Shown: positions 1 through 12,050 of the stretch, piece by piece
Numbering within the stretch: the first letter of the stretch is position 1
How the letters are laid out: each line of letters opens with the position of its first letter
Assembly: GCA_013265495.1 (NCBI GenBank)
Contig: MU057416.1
Coordinates: 924,545 to 988,544, forward strand
Length of the DNA: 64,000 nucleotides
Reading direction: 5' to 3'
Source: Vicugna vicugna
Taxonomy: Eukaryota
Program-made: the position numbers and the translations under genes
Notes under the pieces: generated by a model
The model's input: only the letters and a program-made list of their open reading frames with translations
What the model was told of the DNA's origin: nothing
The model's database searches: none

Positions 1-2166
1 CAAAGGAGGAAAATCTTATATTCTAATTAAAAGCATTTATTTCCAAACTCAGCAGGTTAAAAAGGATGACTCTTTACTAGCTGTGTGTTCTCAAGCAAGA
101 GTTCATCTTCTCTGGGCCTAAGAGAAAGTTAGGCTCATCTGAAGCCAGCCTCTAGGATTTGATGGTAGGATGTATGTAGCCTTCAGTCTATGCTGATGTA
201 TGAGGTGTTACAGTGGTGTTCATAAATTCTGTTAAATATGTGTTAGACTTAATGTAAATTTGGTTCAAAATAAAGACAAAATATTCACAGTTGAAGGCTT
301 ATTACTTAAAGTATTATTGTCCGCTCCTGTAGCAAAATGCACAATCAAAAAAAAAATCCTCTATTGTGAGTAATGCTATCTTACTGACACACTGATGACA
401 TTGTACCGTGACAACGAGTGACTAAGTTCACATTTCTGGGTGAGACGCGGCTCCGGAGGCCCCTGCCTGGGTCCCTGACTTCTCAGCCGGCTCCCTGATC
501 TCATCTCTGCCAGGTCTCTCCTCTTCCACCTCCCTTCTGCCAAAGCTGTCAGAGCAGGAGGCGCCACTGATCAGCCAAAAAATGAAAACTAAACCACCAC
601 ATTTAGTTATAGAAAATGTGTCTTTTCCGGAAGAAAGCATGGCAGCAAGTGTTCAGCAGGTGAAGGGAAAAAACCAGAAGGAGCCCCACGCAGGAGGCCC
701 CGGACCTGCACTCGCACTGGATGCTGACCATGGCTTGCTCACAAGATGGCCTCGCCAGCTCGAGCTGAGCACGGCCACTTAAACACAACAATTTTAAAGC
801 TTTTCAAGGAGCAAATTAATTCATTTGTTGGTTAAACAGAAATAAGGTCCATTTTTCTCTTCTTAGCCTCAGGCCTAGACTCTCCAAAGGCTGCTAAGCG
901 GCATAATGACTTCATCTGAATTTCCCTTTTTTCAGGCTACTTTGGAACAAGTACGTGACCAAATTATATGAGTCATCTCGGAGAAACCTCAGACCCAGTC
1001 CCCACGGGGACCCCTGCTCAGCCTGGTCCCCCTGTGTCCCCACTGGCATGAAGGTGTCGAAAGTTCCAGCATCATGGCTCAATGTCACTGGCCTTGTGGC
1101 TCTTTTTGTGGATCTGTCCCTGATAAGTTAACATAAATTATTGCATAACCAAATTTTCAGAAATTTTAGTTTATGTATAGATTTAAAGTTACACTGAGTA
1201 TAAAACAAATTAAATAAAACCGACTTGGACGCTCATCCTTGGGAACCAGCCTGGTGTCCCAGCCACCTCCTCGTGGTCGCGCCTGAGCCACGTCCAGGTA
1301 GGAAGAATCAGTCAGCGGCCTTCCGCGCTGGTAACTGCTAGTGAACGGCTCACTCCAGGTGGACTGGGAAACTCAAAGGAGCCAGGTTATTTGGTCCGTA
1401 AGTTATGCCTGCTGGGGAATAATTCTGGGAGCCTCCTCGACAACAGAACACAATGGCTCAGATATTAACCCAGTGATGGCCTGACTCGGCAGGACCAGAG
1501 GCGTTTCTGAAAGGGGGAAATTGCTTTTATAAGCTCTCTTGCACTGAGCACACTGTTCCTGGGACTCCCTTCACTCTGCCCTAACCCAATCAGACTCTCA
1601 CTTTCTCTTTTCTTCACTGCCCTTCTTCCTTTTCATCCGCTCTCGAGCCCCGGCTCCGCGAGCAGCGAAGGGCGACGCCAGCAGAGAACAACGAATGCAC
1701 CTCGCAGGTCAGCAAACCAGCAGGGACCCTCCTCACCAGGTAAAGGCATCATCTGCTCCCCTTCGAAAAAACGGCACATTTTATTACTGCACTTGCATTT
1801 CTAGGAAATGTTATTTATTATTACACCCTTCATTTCCAGAAAATACTAAATCTAAACCTAAGTCTACAAAGAGCATCCCAGCCTTGTGAACTCCATGAAG
1901 GGAGGATTCATTTATTTTGTTTAATTATGACTGAAGGGTCTGGCACAGCTGCAAACCACCTGGAGAGCTGAGTGTCTCACTGACACGTGGAAGGAGGGTT
2001 TGCATGATACGTTTAAAGCAGGGTAACAGTTTACAGTTTTATCCTTTGCTTCTGGATGGCCCCACTGAAGCCAGAATCTGTTCCTTCAAGCACCCTCCAA
2101 AATGAAAAACACCAAACCGCCATGCATCTCAGAGTGGGAGGATGGGAACACCACATCCCAGGAACA

Positions 2167-2607
2167 TGGTAACAGGGAAGAACCTTTGTATTCTATTACA
2201 AGTTAATCACCAAAGGGATGCTGCCTGTAAGTTTAAACTACATAAAAGGGCCCCTCTCTGGGAATCCTGTCCCCCAGGTAATGATATTAAGCTAAAATAC
2301 CTTCATTTAGCTCACAGGAAACATCCTGACCAGGCCCCCCTGTGAATGACTGCAGGAAGGAAGAGATTAACACATCCCCTGTGGAGGCTGACCGGAACCA
2401 GGAAATGTTTGACTTTACTCTCTCCCCTTTCAGGATAAAAGCAGCCTGAATTCTAACTCAGGGAGATGGTTCTTTGGGACACGAGTCCACCATCTTCTCA
2501 GTCTGCTGGCTTTCTGAGTAAAGTCATTATTCCTTGCCCCAAAGAACTCATCTCCTGACTTACTGGCCTGTCATGCCACAAGGAGCGTGAGCGTGGACTT
2601 GGTAACA
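2167..2607 (+). mobile_element. Solo ERV LTR (ERV1/MER41-like)
   Basis: ~440 bp beginning (t)ggtaacagggaagaac and ending ggacttggtaaca (TG...CA-type ends); TATA-like gataaaa ~2434, polyA-like agtaaa 2517-2522; the 3' part resembles MER41-like LTR ends as I recall them. Confidence 0.7.
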
Positions 2608-3364
2608 GTGTCCTGAGTTCCTGGGGGAGATCCAGATGTGCTCCCAGCTGTGGCTCTGCTTCTAAAACATGGTGGGCTTCCTGAGGCAGCTGCCTAACCC
2701 ACATTATTTATCAAGGCACGACTGCTGCAGGCTTTCTGGGGGAGAATACTCACAATCTGAAGAATGGGTAGAAGTGAAAAGTGAAAGATGGCCAAGGGTG
2801 GTCCCCCTCTAGACGTGGGGACAAAACGTGCAAAAGTCCTGCAGGGAGCGGAGCAAGGACACGGCACACCCTTGGCATCACAGAGAAGGCCAGACCACAA
2901 GGGACCCAGGGAGAGTTGCAAGAAGCCCCCAGGGATGTAGCAGAGGCCAGAGCACAGAGGCTTCGTGGCCACCACTCCCTAGGAGCAGGAGCGCACTCCA
3001 CCTCGCGTCCTGTCTCCCCTTAGCATCCCACAGAAACTTTTTTCTTCACAGCTGATTAGAAATCCTACGAAATGCTGCGCCAGCATTTGCCTTAGGTTCT
3101 GAAAGTGGCAGCTGAGGCCACAAGGAGCTGGGCATCGCTCCAGCTGTGGGAGGTCTCCAGTGAAGCCTGGGCCTCCGGCTCCAGCTACGGGGGAAAGTGG
3201 GACTCCAGTTAATGAAGGGTAGGACTGCTGAGAGATGAGCCCCTTCTTCCTTTCCGGCATTTTCCCTCTTTCCTTCAAGCACTTCCCCAACTGTGTTCTC
3301 TGTCGCAGGAAAGGGAGGTGGCAGGCGGAAGACAAAAATAAAACCCGCGAAGATAAATGCCTTC

Positions 3365-3650
3365 TGAAAGCACATTCCTTAGTGACATAAACCAGACACA
3401 AAGGACAAACGGGAGGTCCCTGCAACAGGCAGATTCACAGAGACGGGAAGTTTCAGAGGTGCTACCAGGGGCTGAGGGAGAGGGAAATGGGGAGCTACTG
3501 ATTAATGGGCACAGCCACTGTTAGGGACGATGAAAAGTTCTGAAAACAGCGGTGATGCTCACACAGCCCCGTGAATGTGCTCACTGACGCTGAACTGTTC
3601 ACTGAAAAATGGTTAGAGTGGTAAATTTTACATCATGCATATTTTATGTA
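3365..3650 (+). mobile_element. Old L1 (L1MB-like) 3' end fragment
   Basis: accagacacaaaggacaaa...gatgaaaagttctg...tgaactgttcactgaaaaatggtt...gtaaattttacatcatgcatatttta, a typical L1MB 3' UTR. Confidence 0.75.
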
Positions 3651-3904
3651 AGTAATAAGAATCTGTTATTTTATCTTTAGAGAAATATGAAATGTTCCTT
3701 TTGTTTGGTTTTTAAAAAAAATTTTTGGACTTTGTTGGATGATTTTTATTACACAAAAGGACATTTTAAGGGAGTTGCTATTATATACTTTCAAATAAAG
3801 TTGTAATTTCAAAAAAAAATTTTTAAAGCACATTCCTTTAGGGGAACCTAAATAGAGGCTGGCTGGTTCAATGGAAGTTTCAATAAGTTAAATGAGATGA
3901 GAAT

Positions 3905-4560
3905 TTCAGCAGCGCAGCCGCCCAGCCCACCCGAAGCGGCGCGCGGCCCCCCAGCACACCAGCCGCTCCCGTCCTTAAGGCAGCAGGAGAGAGACACCGC
4001 GCTCCCTTCCTCCCTCGGAAGCCACCCTGAAACGACAAAACGAGCAGGTGGCCCAGAAACGCCGCTGGAGGAGAGTCGGCGAGGGCCCCGCCGGCCCGCG
4101 GGACGACACCCGGGCAGGACGCCCGCGCCGGCGGGGCCGGAGGGCCCGCAGGGCCGGCTGTCCCCGCGGCGAGCGAGGCTGGGCGGGGACGTGGGCGGGG
4201 ACGTGGACGGGGCGCCTCCCTGCGCGAGGCCGGGGGACCCGGCGGGGCAACAGCCTGCAGTCACGTCTGGCGAAGCTGAGCAGCAGGGCGTGGGCTGAAC
4301 AGGGAGCCCCGAGGTGCACGGGCCCCGCCGGGGGCCACCTGCCACGAGGCACGGCGTGGGGACAGGGCGCCAGGTGGGGGCCGTCGCGGACCCGCACAGC
4401 TGCTCCCAGGGGACAGTACGTGCGAGGGCGTTCCCTCGGCTGCAGCAACCTGTGCGCGAGGAAGTCCCCCGGGAACCAGGGGGAGCAGCGCTCGGGGAGG
4501 GCACCCCCTCGGCCTGTCCCGCGGCCCGCGGGCAGCTGGTCCCAGAGAGCGCAGCCCGGT
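3905..4560. promoter_or_regulatory. CpG-island-like GC-rich patch with tandem GC boxes
   Basis: Sharp rise in GC/CpG between AT-rich flanks; GGGCGGGG boxes in a 12-bp repeat (tgggcggggacg) at 4180-4212. Confidence 0.6.
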
Positions 4561-4567
4561 TCAAGAT

Positions 4568-4613
4568 TAATAACAATAATAACAGTAGTAGTAGTAGTAG
4601 TAGTAGTAATAAT
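4568..4613. repeat. (AAT)/(AGT)8 microsatellite
   Basis: aataacaataataac(agt)8aataataa read directly. Confidence 0.95.
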
Positions 4614-4619
4614 AAAAGT

Positions 4620-5190
4620 AGACAATCTATATGTAGATAACATAAGGAGAAAAAAGTAGGAACAGGAAAAAACAAACAAATGCTGGAAAAAGAACATTCA
4701 CCAGAAAAATGTTGCCATGTCACTGACAAAATCTGGACCCAATGTACTGCTATAAAATAAACATAATAATAATAATAATAATTCTTTAAAACAAGAGCTA
4801 AAGCAGAGTTCGGGGAAGACACAGCAAGAAAATAAAAGATGCGCAATTAGAGTTCAGAAAAAGTCAGAAGGAAAAACACCCATCACGTAAATAAAAACCA
4901 TGATGGAAACAAAACCAGAAAGGTACTCACTGCACACGGCACGGCAGGGGCCAGAAGGACAGAGACTTCACAAAGAGCTGACCAAATACATGGAAATAAG
5001 CAAGTAGTTTTAAAGGAACGGAGAGAAAACAGTAAATATGAAAGACAGACAATAAAGATAAGTTATACATAATTGGTGCCACCAATAGGGAACGACACAA
5101 ACAGAAAAATACAAAAAACACATAATTCAAGAAAACATTCCTACACTCAGGAAGAATTGTTATTGGAGAGACAGCATTATTTTATTGATA
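4620..5190 (+). mobile_element. Degraded HAL1/ancient L1 ORF1-region remnant
   Basis: A-rich sense strand; motifs such as atacataattggtgcc and ataattcaagaaaacattcct resemble ORF1 of ancient L1/HAL1. Confidence 0.45.
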
Positions 5191-5468
5191 AAAAGGAGGG
5201 TATGAAGTGAACTTCGAAGCGTGCACAGCGAAGCAGATACTGCCACCGCCCCTCGCAGTCCTTGGTCCTCTCGGGGCGCCCACACTGACTTCTAACTACT
5301 CGCACCGGTATCTCCACGCCTGAGGGCATCCCTTCGGCCAGCAGCGGAAGGCTTCTCTGCCCATGCACAAGGCGGGTCGAAAGTGCCAGAGGATTAATAT
5401 TAATTATTAACATAAGATTTTATTATTGTCCTGATTAATATTTATATCATAATTAAAGTGAAAGTTTC

Positions 5469-6280
5469 GTGGGGATGTAAATTGGTGCAGTCACGATAGA
5501 AAATATTATGGAGGTTTCTCAAAAACTTAAAACTAGAATCACCATGTGATTCAGCAATTTCACCTCTGGGTATTTATTTATCTGAAGAAAAAGAAAACAC
5601 TAACTCGAAAGATTTCTGCAGCCCATGTTCACTGCAGTATCGTCTACAGTCGCCAAGATACAGAAGCAATCTAAGTGTCCCCTGATAGATGACTGGCTAA
5701 AGAAAATGTGATGTACACACACACACCACACACACACACACACACAATGAAACACTATTTGGCCATAAAAAAAGAAGGAAATCCTACCATTTGCAGCAAC
5801 ATGAATGGACCCAGAGCGCATTATGCTAAGTGAAATAGGTCAGACAGGGGAAGACAGACACTGTATGATCTCACTTATATGTGGAATCTTAATAAAATAA
5901 AAGCAAAAACAAACTCATAGATACAGAGAACAGATGGGTGGTGGTTGCCAGAGTGGAGGGGCAAGGGGTGGGAGAAACGGGTGGTGGTGGGTCCACAGGT
6001 ACAAACTTCCAGTTATAGGTAAGCCTGGGGATGCGATGTACAACATGGTGTCTACAGTTCATGATGATGTGATGCATATTTGAAAGTTCCTAAGGGAGTA
6101 ACTTAAAAGTTCTCATCACAAGAAAGAAAATATTTTGTAACTATGTGTGGTGACACGTGTTAATTAGATTTATTGTGGTGATTGTTTTGCAAGATATACA
6201 AATATTCAATCACTATGTTATACACTTACAAACTTGTATAATGTTGTGTGTCAGTTATATCTCAATAAAAATTTAAAAAA
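5469..6280 (+). mobile_element. L1 (L1MA9-like) 3' fragment containing (CA)n at 5715-5746
   Basis: ORF2 end gatgtaaattggtgcag, atttgcagcaacatgaatggac, 3' UTR gtacaaacttccagttata...tatctcaataaaa. Confidence 0.9.
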
Positions 6281-7082
6281 CTAGAAAATTAAGTGAAAGG
6301 TAACAAATATAAAAATAGAGTAGCAAGCATAAGCCTGGATACCCCAGGACAGGAAACTAGTGACTAAAGGTTCCCCAAAGAGGAAAAGCAAGGAAGCTCT
6401 AGGTCTTGGCCTGTCTTTATTTCCTCTGAGAGTTTCCCAGAACCTTCCTGGGAAGATCTGTGGGCAAGGCTGTGAGTAAGTCCTGGAGAAAAGGACTCAT
6501 CACAACCAGGGGATCCAGCAAGGATGAGGTGTGGTCCTGGCGTGGGACATCCAGCAAGAATATGGATGGGAGACGGAGACAGATGCTGTCTGTGGCCAGC
6601 CTTTGGTTCTCAGCAGGGCAGATCCTAACGTGACCGGCAGTGAAATGCATACCCTCGGTTTATACGGGTTGCAGGAATGAAACACAAGTGGAGATAGCCT
6701 GTCCCACCCGATACCAAGACTTGCAAAGCAGTAGCATGAAAGGCAGCGTGGCACTGGGGCAAGAAGCATCAAAAAGGCCAGAGGAGCAGCCAGGAGGAGC
6801 CAGATGGAGCACTGATGTGTCACAAACACAGCACTGCAGAGGACAGCGGTGTCTTCAGCCAGCAGTGCTGGGCCAGCCAGCTATCCACACAGAAAACAAT
6901 TAAAACTTGATGGCTAACTTAAGAGCTAAGAATATATTTTTTAAATGAAATTTCAAATGGATGGTAGACATAAACATCTAGGGCAAAACAAGTGATCAAA
7001 ACAAAGTGTAGAATATTTTCAAGTGTTCAGGGTAGGAAAAGTTGTTTTTAAATAGAACACAAAAACACCAGTGCTACTGTCA

Positions 7083-7762
7083 GTTGGAATGTAAATTGGT
7101 GCAGCCACTATAGAAAACAGTATGGAGGTTCCTCAAAAAACTCAAAATAAGAGCATACCACCCAGCAACCCTGCTCCCAGGCGTGTATCCACAAAAGACA
7201 AAAACCCTAATTCAAAAAGACACATGCACCCCAATGTTCACAGCAGCACTATTTACAGTAGCCAAGACATGGAAGCAACTGGATAAAAAAGATGTGGTAT
7301 ATTTATGCAATGGAATACTACTCAGCCATAAAAAAGAATGAAATAATGTCATTTGCAGCAACATGAATGGACCCAGAGATGATCATACTAAGTGAAGTAA
7401 GTCAGACAGAGAGAGACAAATATCATATAATGTCACTTATATGTGGAATCTATAAAATAATGCAAATGAATCTATATACAAAACAGAAAGAGACTTCACA
7501 GACATATAAAACAGACATGGTTATCAAAGAGGAAATGGGCGGAGGAGGGATAAATTAGGAGTTTGGGATTAACATAATTACTATGTATAAAATAGGTAAG
7601 TAAAAAGGATTTACTGCATAATACAGGGAACTACAATCCACATCTTGTAACAACCTGTTACGGAAAATGACCTAAAAAAATTATACGTATATAACTGAAC
7701 CGCTCTGCTGTGTACCTGAAACTAACACACTACTTTAAATCAACTCTACTTCAATATTTTTA
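7083..7762 (+). mobile_element. Cetartiodactyl-type L1 3' fragment
   Basis: ggaatgtaaattggtgcagccact...gggataaattaggagtttgggattaac...aaatcaactctacttcaat. Confidence 0.9.
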
Positions 7763-7984
7763 AAAGCCTGTATATCAAAAATACAGTGTTAAAGGGAATT
7801 TGAATTATGACACCAATTAAACAAAGAATATATGTTCATTTAAAAGTTCTATTAATAGAGTACTAAAAACACACCATGAAACTGGAGAAAGTATTTATAC
7901 ACAAACAACTTTAAAAAGTCTCACATCCAATATATTTAAGCACATTTTACAAATCAGTAAGAAAATAACAGAAAACCTAACAGA

Positions 7985-9620
7985 AAAGTCGGGCCGGGAG
8001 ACGGGCGGGTCCCTGGTGTCTCCGTCCGTTTGGGACGCTACAGCAAACACCAGAGGCTGCGCCGCTTACAGAGAACACACATGCACTGCTCCCGGCGCTG
8101 GATGCGACGGTCCAAGCTCAAGGCGCCAGGGAGGGGCCGCTCTGGGGAGAGCCGGGCCCCTCGCTCAGGGCTGGCACCTCCTCGCCGGGTGCGGGGCGTC
8201 TTTTCTCAGAACTCTAATCCCCTCAGAGGGCTCCACCCTCACCACCTCATCGCCGTCCAGAGACCACTCCTCCGAATGCTATCACCTTTGGGGGTCAACA
8301 TGAATTTTAGGGGGACACAAACATTCCAAGCACAGTAACCTGTCGGGCACTTCTCAAAAGAAAAAAAGAAAAAGAAAAACTCAACCATCTAATTGGCAGG
8401 GAATGTTTATAACGCGTCAGGGACTTGAGACCGACGGCCACAGGAGGCACCAGCCCGCGTCACCGGAGCGGCTAAGACGACGCGTCTGGCGGCGCCAGCA
8501 GCTGGTGTGGAAGGCGCTGGGAGATGCTCGCCCTCATACTTGGCCTGGGGGACGACGGGGGACTATAAACGGGCGCAGCTACTTTGAAAACCACTTTGAC
8601 GTTATTTACGCGAGAGACAGGCTTACCTCACAGCCAGCAGTTCACCCCCGGTACGCGCCCTAGACGGAGGGCCAGCCGGCGAAGCCCCAGGTCAAACCCA
8701 GCTGCCGCCCGCGGCTGAGAGCGCGCGCTGCTGTGCCACCCGCGGCGCCCGCGGCGCCTTCGCACGGACTTGAGAGGCTGCACGACCCGGGGGACCCACA
8801 GCGTTCGCTGGCTGGCCCTTTACCGGAGACACCCAGCAGCCCCCGCCCTGAAGGAGCCGAGCACGGCACCCCCGCCCCGCGGCGACGTCGTCCCCAGCGG
8901 GCCCGAACGAGAGGCGGCCCCGGCGTCGGTGAGATGAGCGGGGTGTGCGCGGACACCAGTGGCAACAAGGGACACACTTCGGCCTCACCGCTAAAGCCAC
9001 GCAGCAACGCGCACTCCTCGTGTTCCTTTCACGTGAAGGTCCAAGCAGGCAGCGGCCAAGGAGCCGCACGCAGCGGCCGAAGCAGGAGAGCGAGCAGGCG
9101 CGCGCCGGGCGGGCAGGGCGGGCCGTCCCGGGGCTGCGGAGGAGCCGCGGGGGCCCGGACGCGAGCAGAGTCGGGGGGGGGGGGAAACTGTGCATACACT
9201 GTATTACCCTGCCATACTTGTGTCCATTTTCAGAGTGGAGTAAGGCTTAAAACAGAGTTGGGAGGACTGGTAAGCCCTGTGCAGTGGGCGCCACCTCGCA
9301 CGCAGCGGCACGCGGGGGGCGCCCTGTGACGCGGAATCCCCAGCTCTTCCCTCTCGGGCTTCTGCTCTGCCTCCCCAGACTAGGCCCCCCGATCTCCCGC
9401 CTGCAGGACAAGGTCTGCGGGTGCGGAGCAGCCCAAGGAGGGCCGAGGGATGTCAGTTTCAGCCAGTTTCAAACACAGAGATTCCTGGGGTCCCCGGGAC
9501 GGTGTCAGGCCTCCCCGTGTCAGGCCTGGCTCCGCCCTCTCCAGGGGCCGAGCCTTGAAGCACTCCGGCAGGTTGGAATGAACAGCCCGCCAGCAGCAGA
9601 GAGCGGGAGAGGGTACCTGA
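7985..9620. promoter_or_regulatory. CpG-island-like region overlying repeat DNA
   Basis: High GC and CpG over ~1.6 kb; G12 run at 9173-9184. Confidence 0.6.
8017..8338 (-). mobile_element. MLT1A-like MaLR solo LTR
   Basis: gagggctccaccctca...catgaattttagggggacacaaacatt matches the reverse complement of the MLT1A start as recalled; near-identical 5-bp flanks cctgg (8012-8016) and cctgt (8339-8343). Confidence 0.85.
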
Positions 9621-10254
9621 GGACCCGACAGTTTCCAGAACTTTTTCTTCCTTGGCTCCCTACGCCCGCTGCTCCCACCTCCGAAGTACCTGGTGCCGGG
9701 CGTTTCTGGGCCTTTTGAGGATTCCACACCCGACTGGACCCAGCTTTCCGTGTTTCGAGCGGGATTTGGCTCTTCTGGGGCCTGCCAAGTCCACTCTCTC
9801 TCCCCTGTCTGCTTTCCAGCTTTCGTACGTGCTGCCTTCTCCCATTTTCTCCATCCCACTGGTTTTAATTTATAAAAATCTCTTTGCTGTATTTTCACTG
9901 AGGTTTCAGAAGAAATAAAGTCAGATGCATCTATACAATCTGCCACCTTTCCACAAAAGGTGTTTTGGTTTCTTAATCTCTAAAACAAACATCAGAATAA
10001 GCATCTCGTGGAGCTGGCTTGACTATGGAAAGAGGTCGACGTATTTAGCGCCACCAGCATCCTCCCCTGTGTCCATTAAAATAGAAGGATTTAATGCAGA
10101 TGAAACCAGTTCCACCAACCCCCTGCGCGCGCGCACACACACCCATCCTCACCCCTCCTCCTCCTGCCCCAGGAAAACCACGTCCATTGAATCAGTTTAT
10201 ACGTGGATTATTCAGAGACAGAGTTTATCCTGAACACGGGGCGTCCCTAATCCA

Positions 10255-10520
10255 CGGTGAGGAAATACAGTGACCACAGGAACCCTGCGGACACTGAGAC
10301 AAGGAGCGTCAAACTTTCTCTTGAAAGACACCATTGAAACAGGACATCCGGTCATCATCGGTCGTGTATGCGGGGAGACACTGGGACTCGAACAGGACAG
10401 CATTAGTACGCCTTAAGTGTGGCTTATTGCCTGACGTGTGAAACCCAGTGGAGAAAGGAGATCACCATTCTTCGTGAATTAGGACCAGCTACAGTGCTGG
10501 AAACCTTTTCGGGTGATCAC
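10255..10520 (+). mobile_element. Highly diverged L1MC-like 3' fragment
   Basis: aaagacaccattgaaaca...gagatcaccattcttcgtgaatt...tgctggaaaccttttcgggtga resembles an L1MC 3' end. Confidence 0.4.
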
Positions 10521-11434
10521 AGAGGAGGCGTTCGTACCCAGGAGACACTGACAAGCTCTTCAGCCAGTTAGCTTAACAGAACCTCCGAAGGACTGTGTGG
10601 CCTCCAGGCTCTTCCATGCTCTGCCACGGTTTGGGCTTCGCAGTTGCTGAAGTGCTATTCCTTGCGTAGACAGTGAAAGTGAGACGGGCACCCGGTCTGT
10701 CCATGAGTCCATCCGTGTGTCACCCAATTCTGAGCGCATTTTTGTGATACTCCCTCTTCCCACAAGAATCAGAAAATAGCATAAGAGATCAGGAATGTTA
10801 TTCTCATTCCTGAATCTGAATCCATGAAGATGGAGAAGGAAGGGGCTCAGGTTACGCAGGAGATCTTCTGTCCCCCTCTCGCCTTCGTCACGACTGACAC
10901 GCTGGTCTCCCATGTTCAGCTTTGGGGAATGGAGAAGAATGCGTTCTTGGTAAGGAGCCTCAGAGCAGTGACTTCCTGGGCTGAGAGGAACCTTTTAAGC
11001 CTGTGGTCTGTGGAAATAGCCCGAGTGGCACAGTGGGAAGATGGTTTCCTTTGGATCAAACAAATCTGCCTCAAGTCCCCACGCCACCACTGGCCACCAG
11101 AGCGCTCGGGGCTGCGTGGTTCCGTCCTCCAGTGAGAAAAACGAGAGTCCTAATGCCAACTCTCAGAGCCGCACGGAAGTGAGAAGAAAACAAAAACCAC
11201 CTGCACACCCGGTTCTCAGGAAGCTGCAGTTCTTCATGATCACCGGGCACTCATTCTGTGTTTTTTTTTTGCTGAGACCAAGAGTAAGAGTCTTTATTGC
11301 AGCAGGTGTTGATGTACTTGCAGAAAAAGAAAAGTTACATGGTATTTAAAATAAGTTGACGTACAGTATCGTTAAAATGATTCCACTTTCTTCCACCTGC
11401 TAACTCCTAAGACGCATCAATCAGGCAAGTTCCC

Positions 11435-12050
11435 TTTGTTAACAAGCATCCACTGAACACTCAGGGACCACTCCGTGCGGGGAGCTGGGCGTGTTCTCGG
11501 GACGGGGCCATCCTGACTCAGCGGATCGAGGCTGGCCACGTGTCCGCTCTCTGTGAGATGGTGGGAAGGGCACCCGTCCCTTTCCACACGCACAACATGA
11601 CGTACACCCAGGGAGGGGAGCTAGGTGATGGCTTCTCTGTACATTTCATACGGTGTTGGGAGAGGCGCTGGCTGTTGCTCTGTAACATCTCTGTCAGAGA
11701 ACAGAGAACAGGCAAGATGAAGAAGCAGTGTAAAAACAGGGCGTGACATACTGCCTGTGATTTGGGTATAAAAAAGAGGGCAGTGGACTCCAGGGGAGAA
11801 GCACTGCTCGGGGGACATCTGGGGAGACCCTCCCCCACCCCCGCCCCGCGCCCTACACCTGCAGTTCAGGGACCGAGGTTGGGGGGTGCTCGCGGGGCTG
11901 GCTGGGGTCAGGACGGGGCGATCAGCCCTCACACTTTCAGCAGGGAAGCCCCGAGACCAAACCAGCTTTTCAGGACAACTCTTTATTGTGGAAAACAGAC
12001 TGGGAGGAGGGGGAGGGAAGACGTGTTAGGAACCAATTAGGAGGCTGTTG
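11435..12050 (-). mobile_element. LINE-2 fragment
   Basis: aacaagcatccactgaacac at the left and ggaaaacagactgggagg...accaattaggaggctgttgc at the right are typical L2 motifs. Confidence 0.6.

Larger units (their letters stand above)
6830..9250 (+). mobile_element. Ancient L1M ORF2/3' UTR, interrupted by a younger L1 (7083-7762) and MLT1A (8017-8338)
   Basis: Colinear L1M pieces at 6830-7075, 7765-8016 and 8339-9250 (e.g. ctactttgaaaaccactttgac, cttacctcacagccagcagttcac); the last part is strongly GC-shifted. Confidence 0.65.

Noticed and set aside
428..567. Possible minus-strand terminal coding exon (GASCSDSFGRREVEEE...)
   Set aside because: Peptide not recognised and no upstream exon could be linked with support.
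3848..4846. Long overlapping ORFs (332, 240 and 203 aa)
   Set aside because: Stop-poor GC-rich DNA plus a microsatellite (poly-Leu/Thr/Val/Ser); open in several frames on both strands; no recognisable domain.
8660..9329. ORFs of 115-198 aa
   Set aside because: Pro/Arg/Gly/Ala-rich products of GC-shifted L1 sequence.
10789..10813. Hairpin tcaggaatg-N7-cattcctga (similar short inverted repeats at ~41187 and ~41282)
   Set aside because: Stems of 8-10 bp are expected by chance in 64 kb and are too short for a pre-miRNA.
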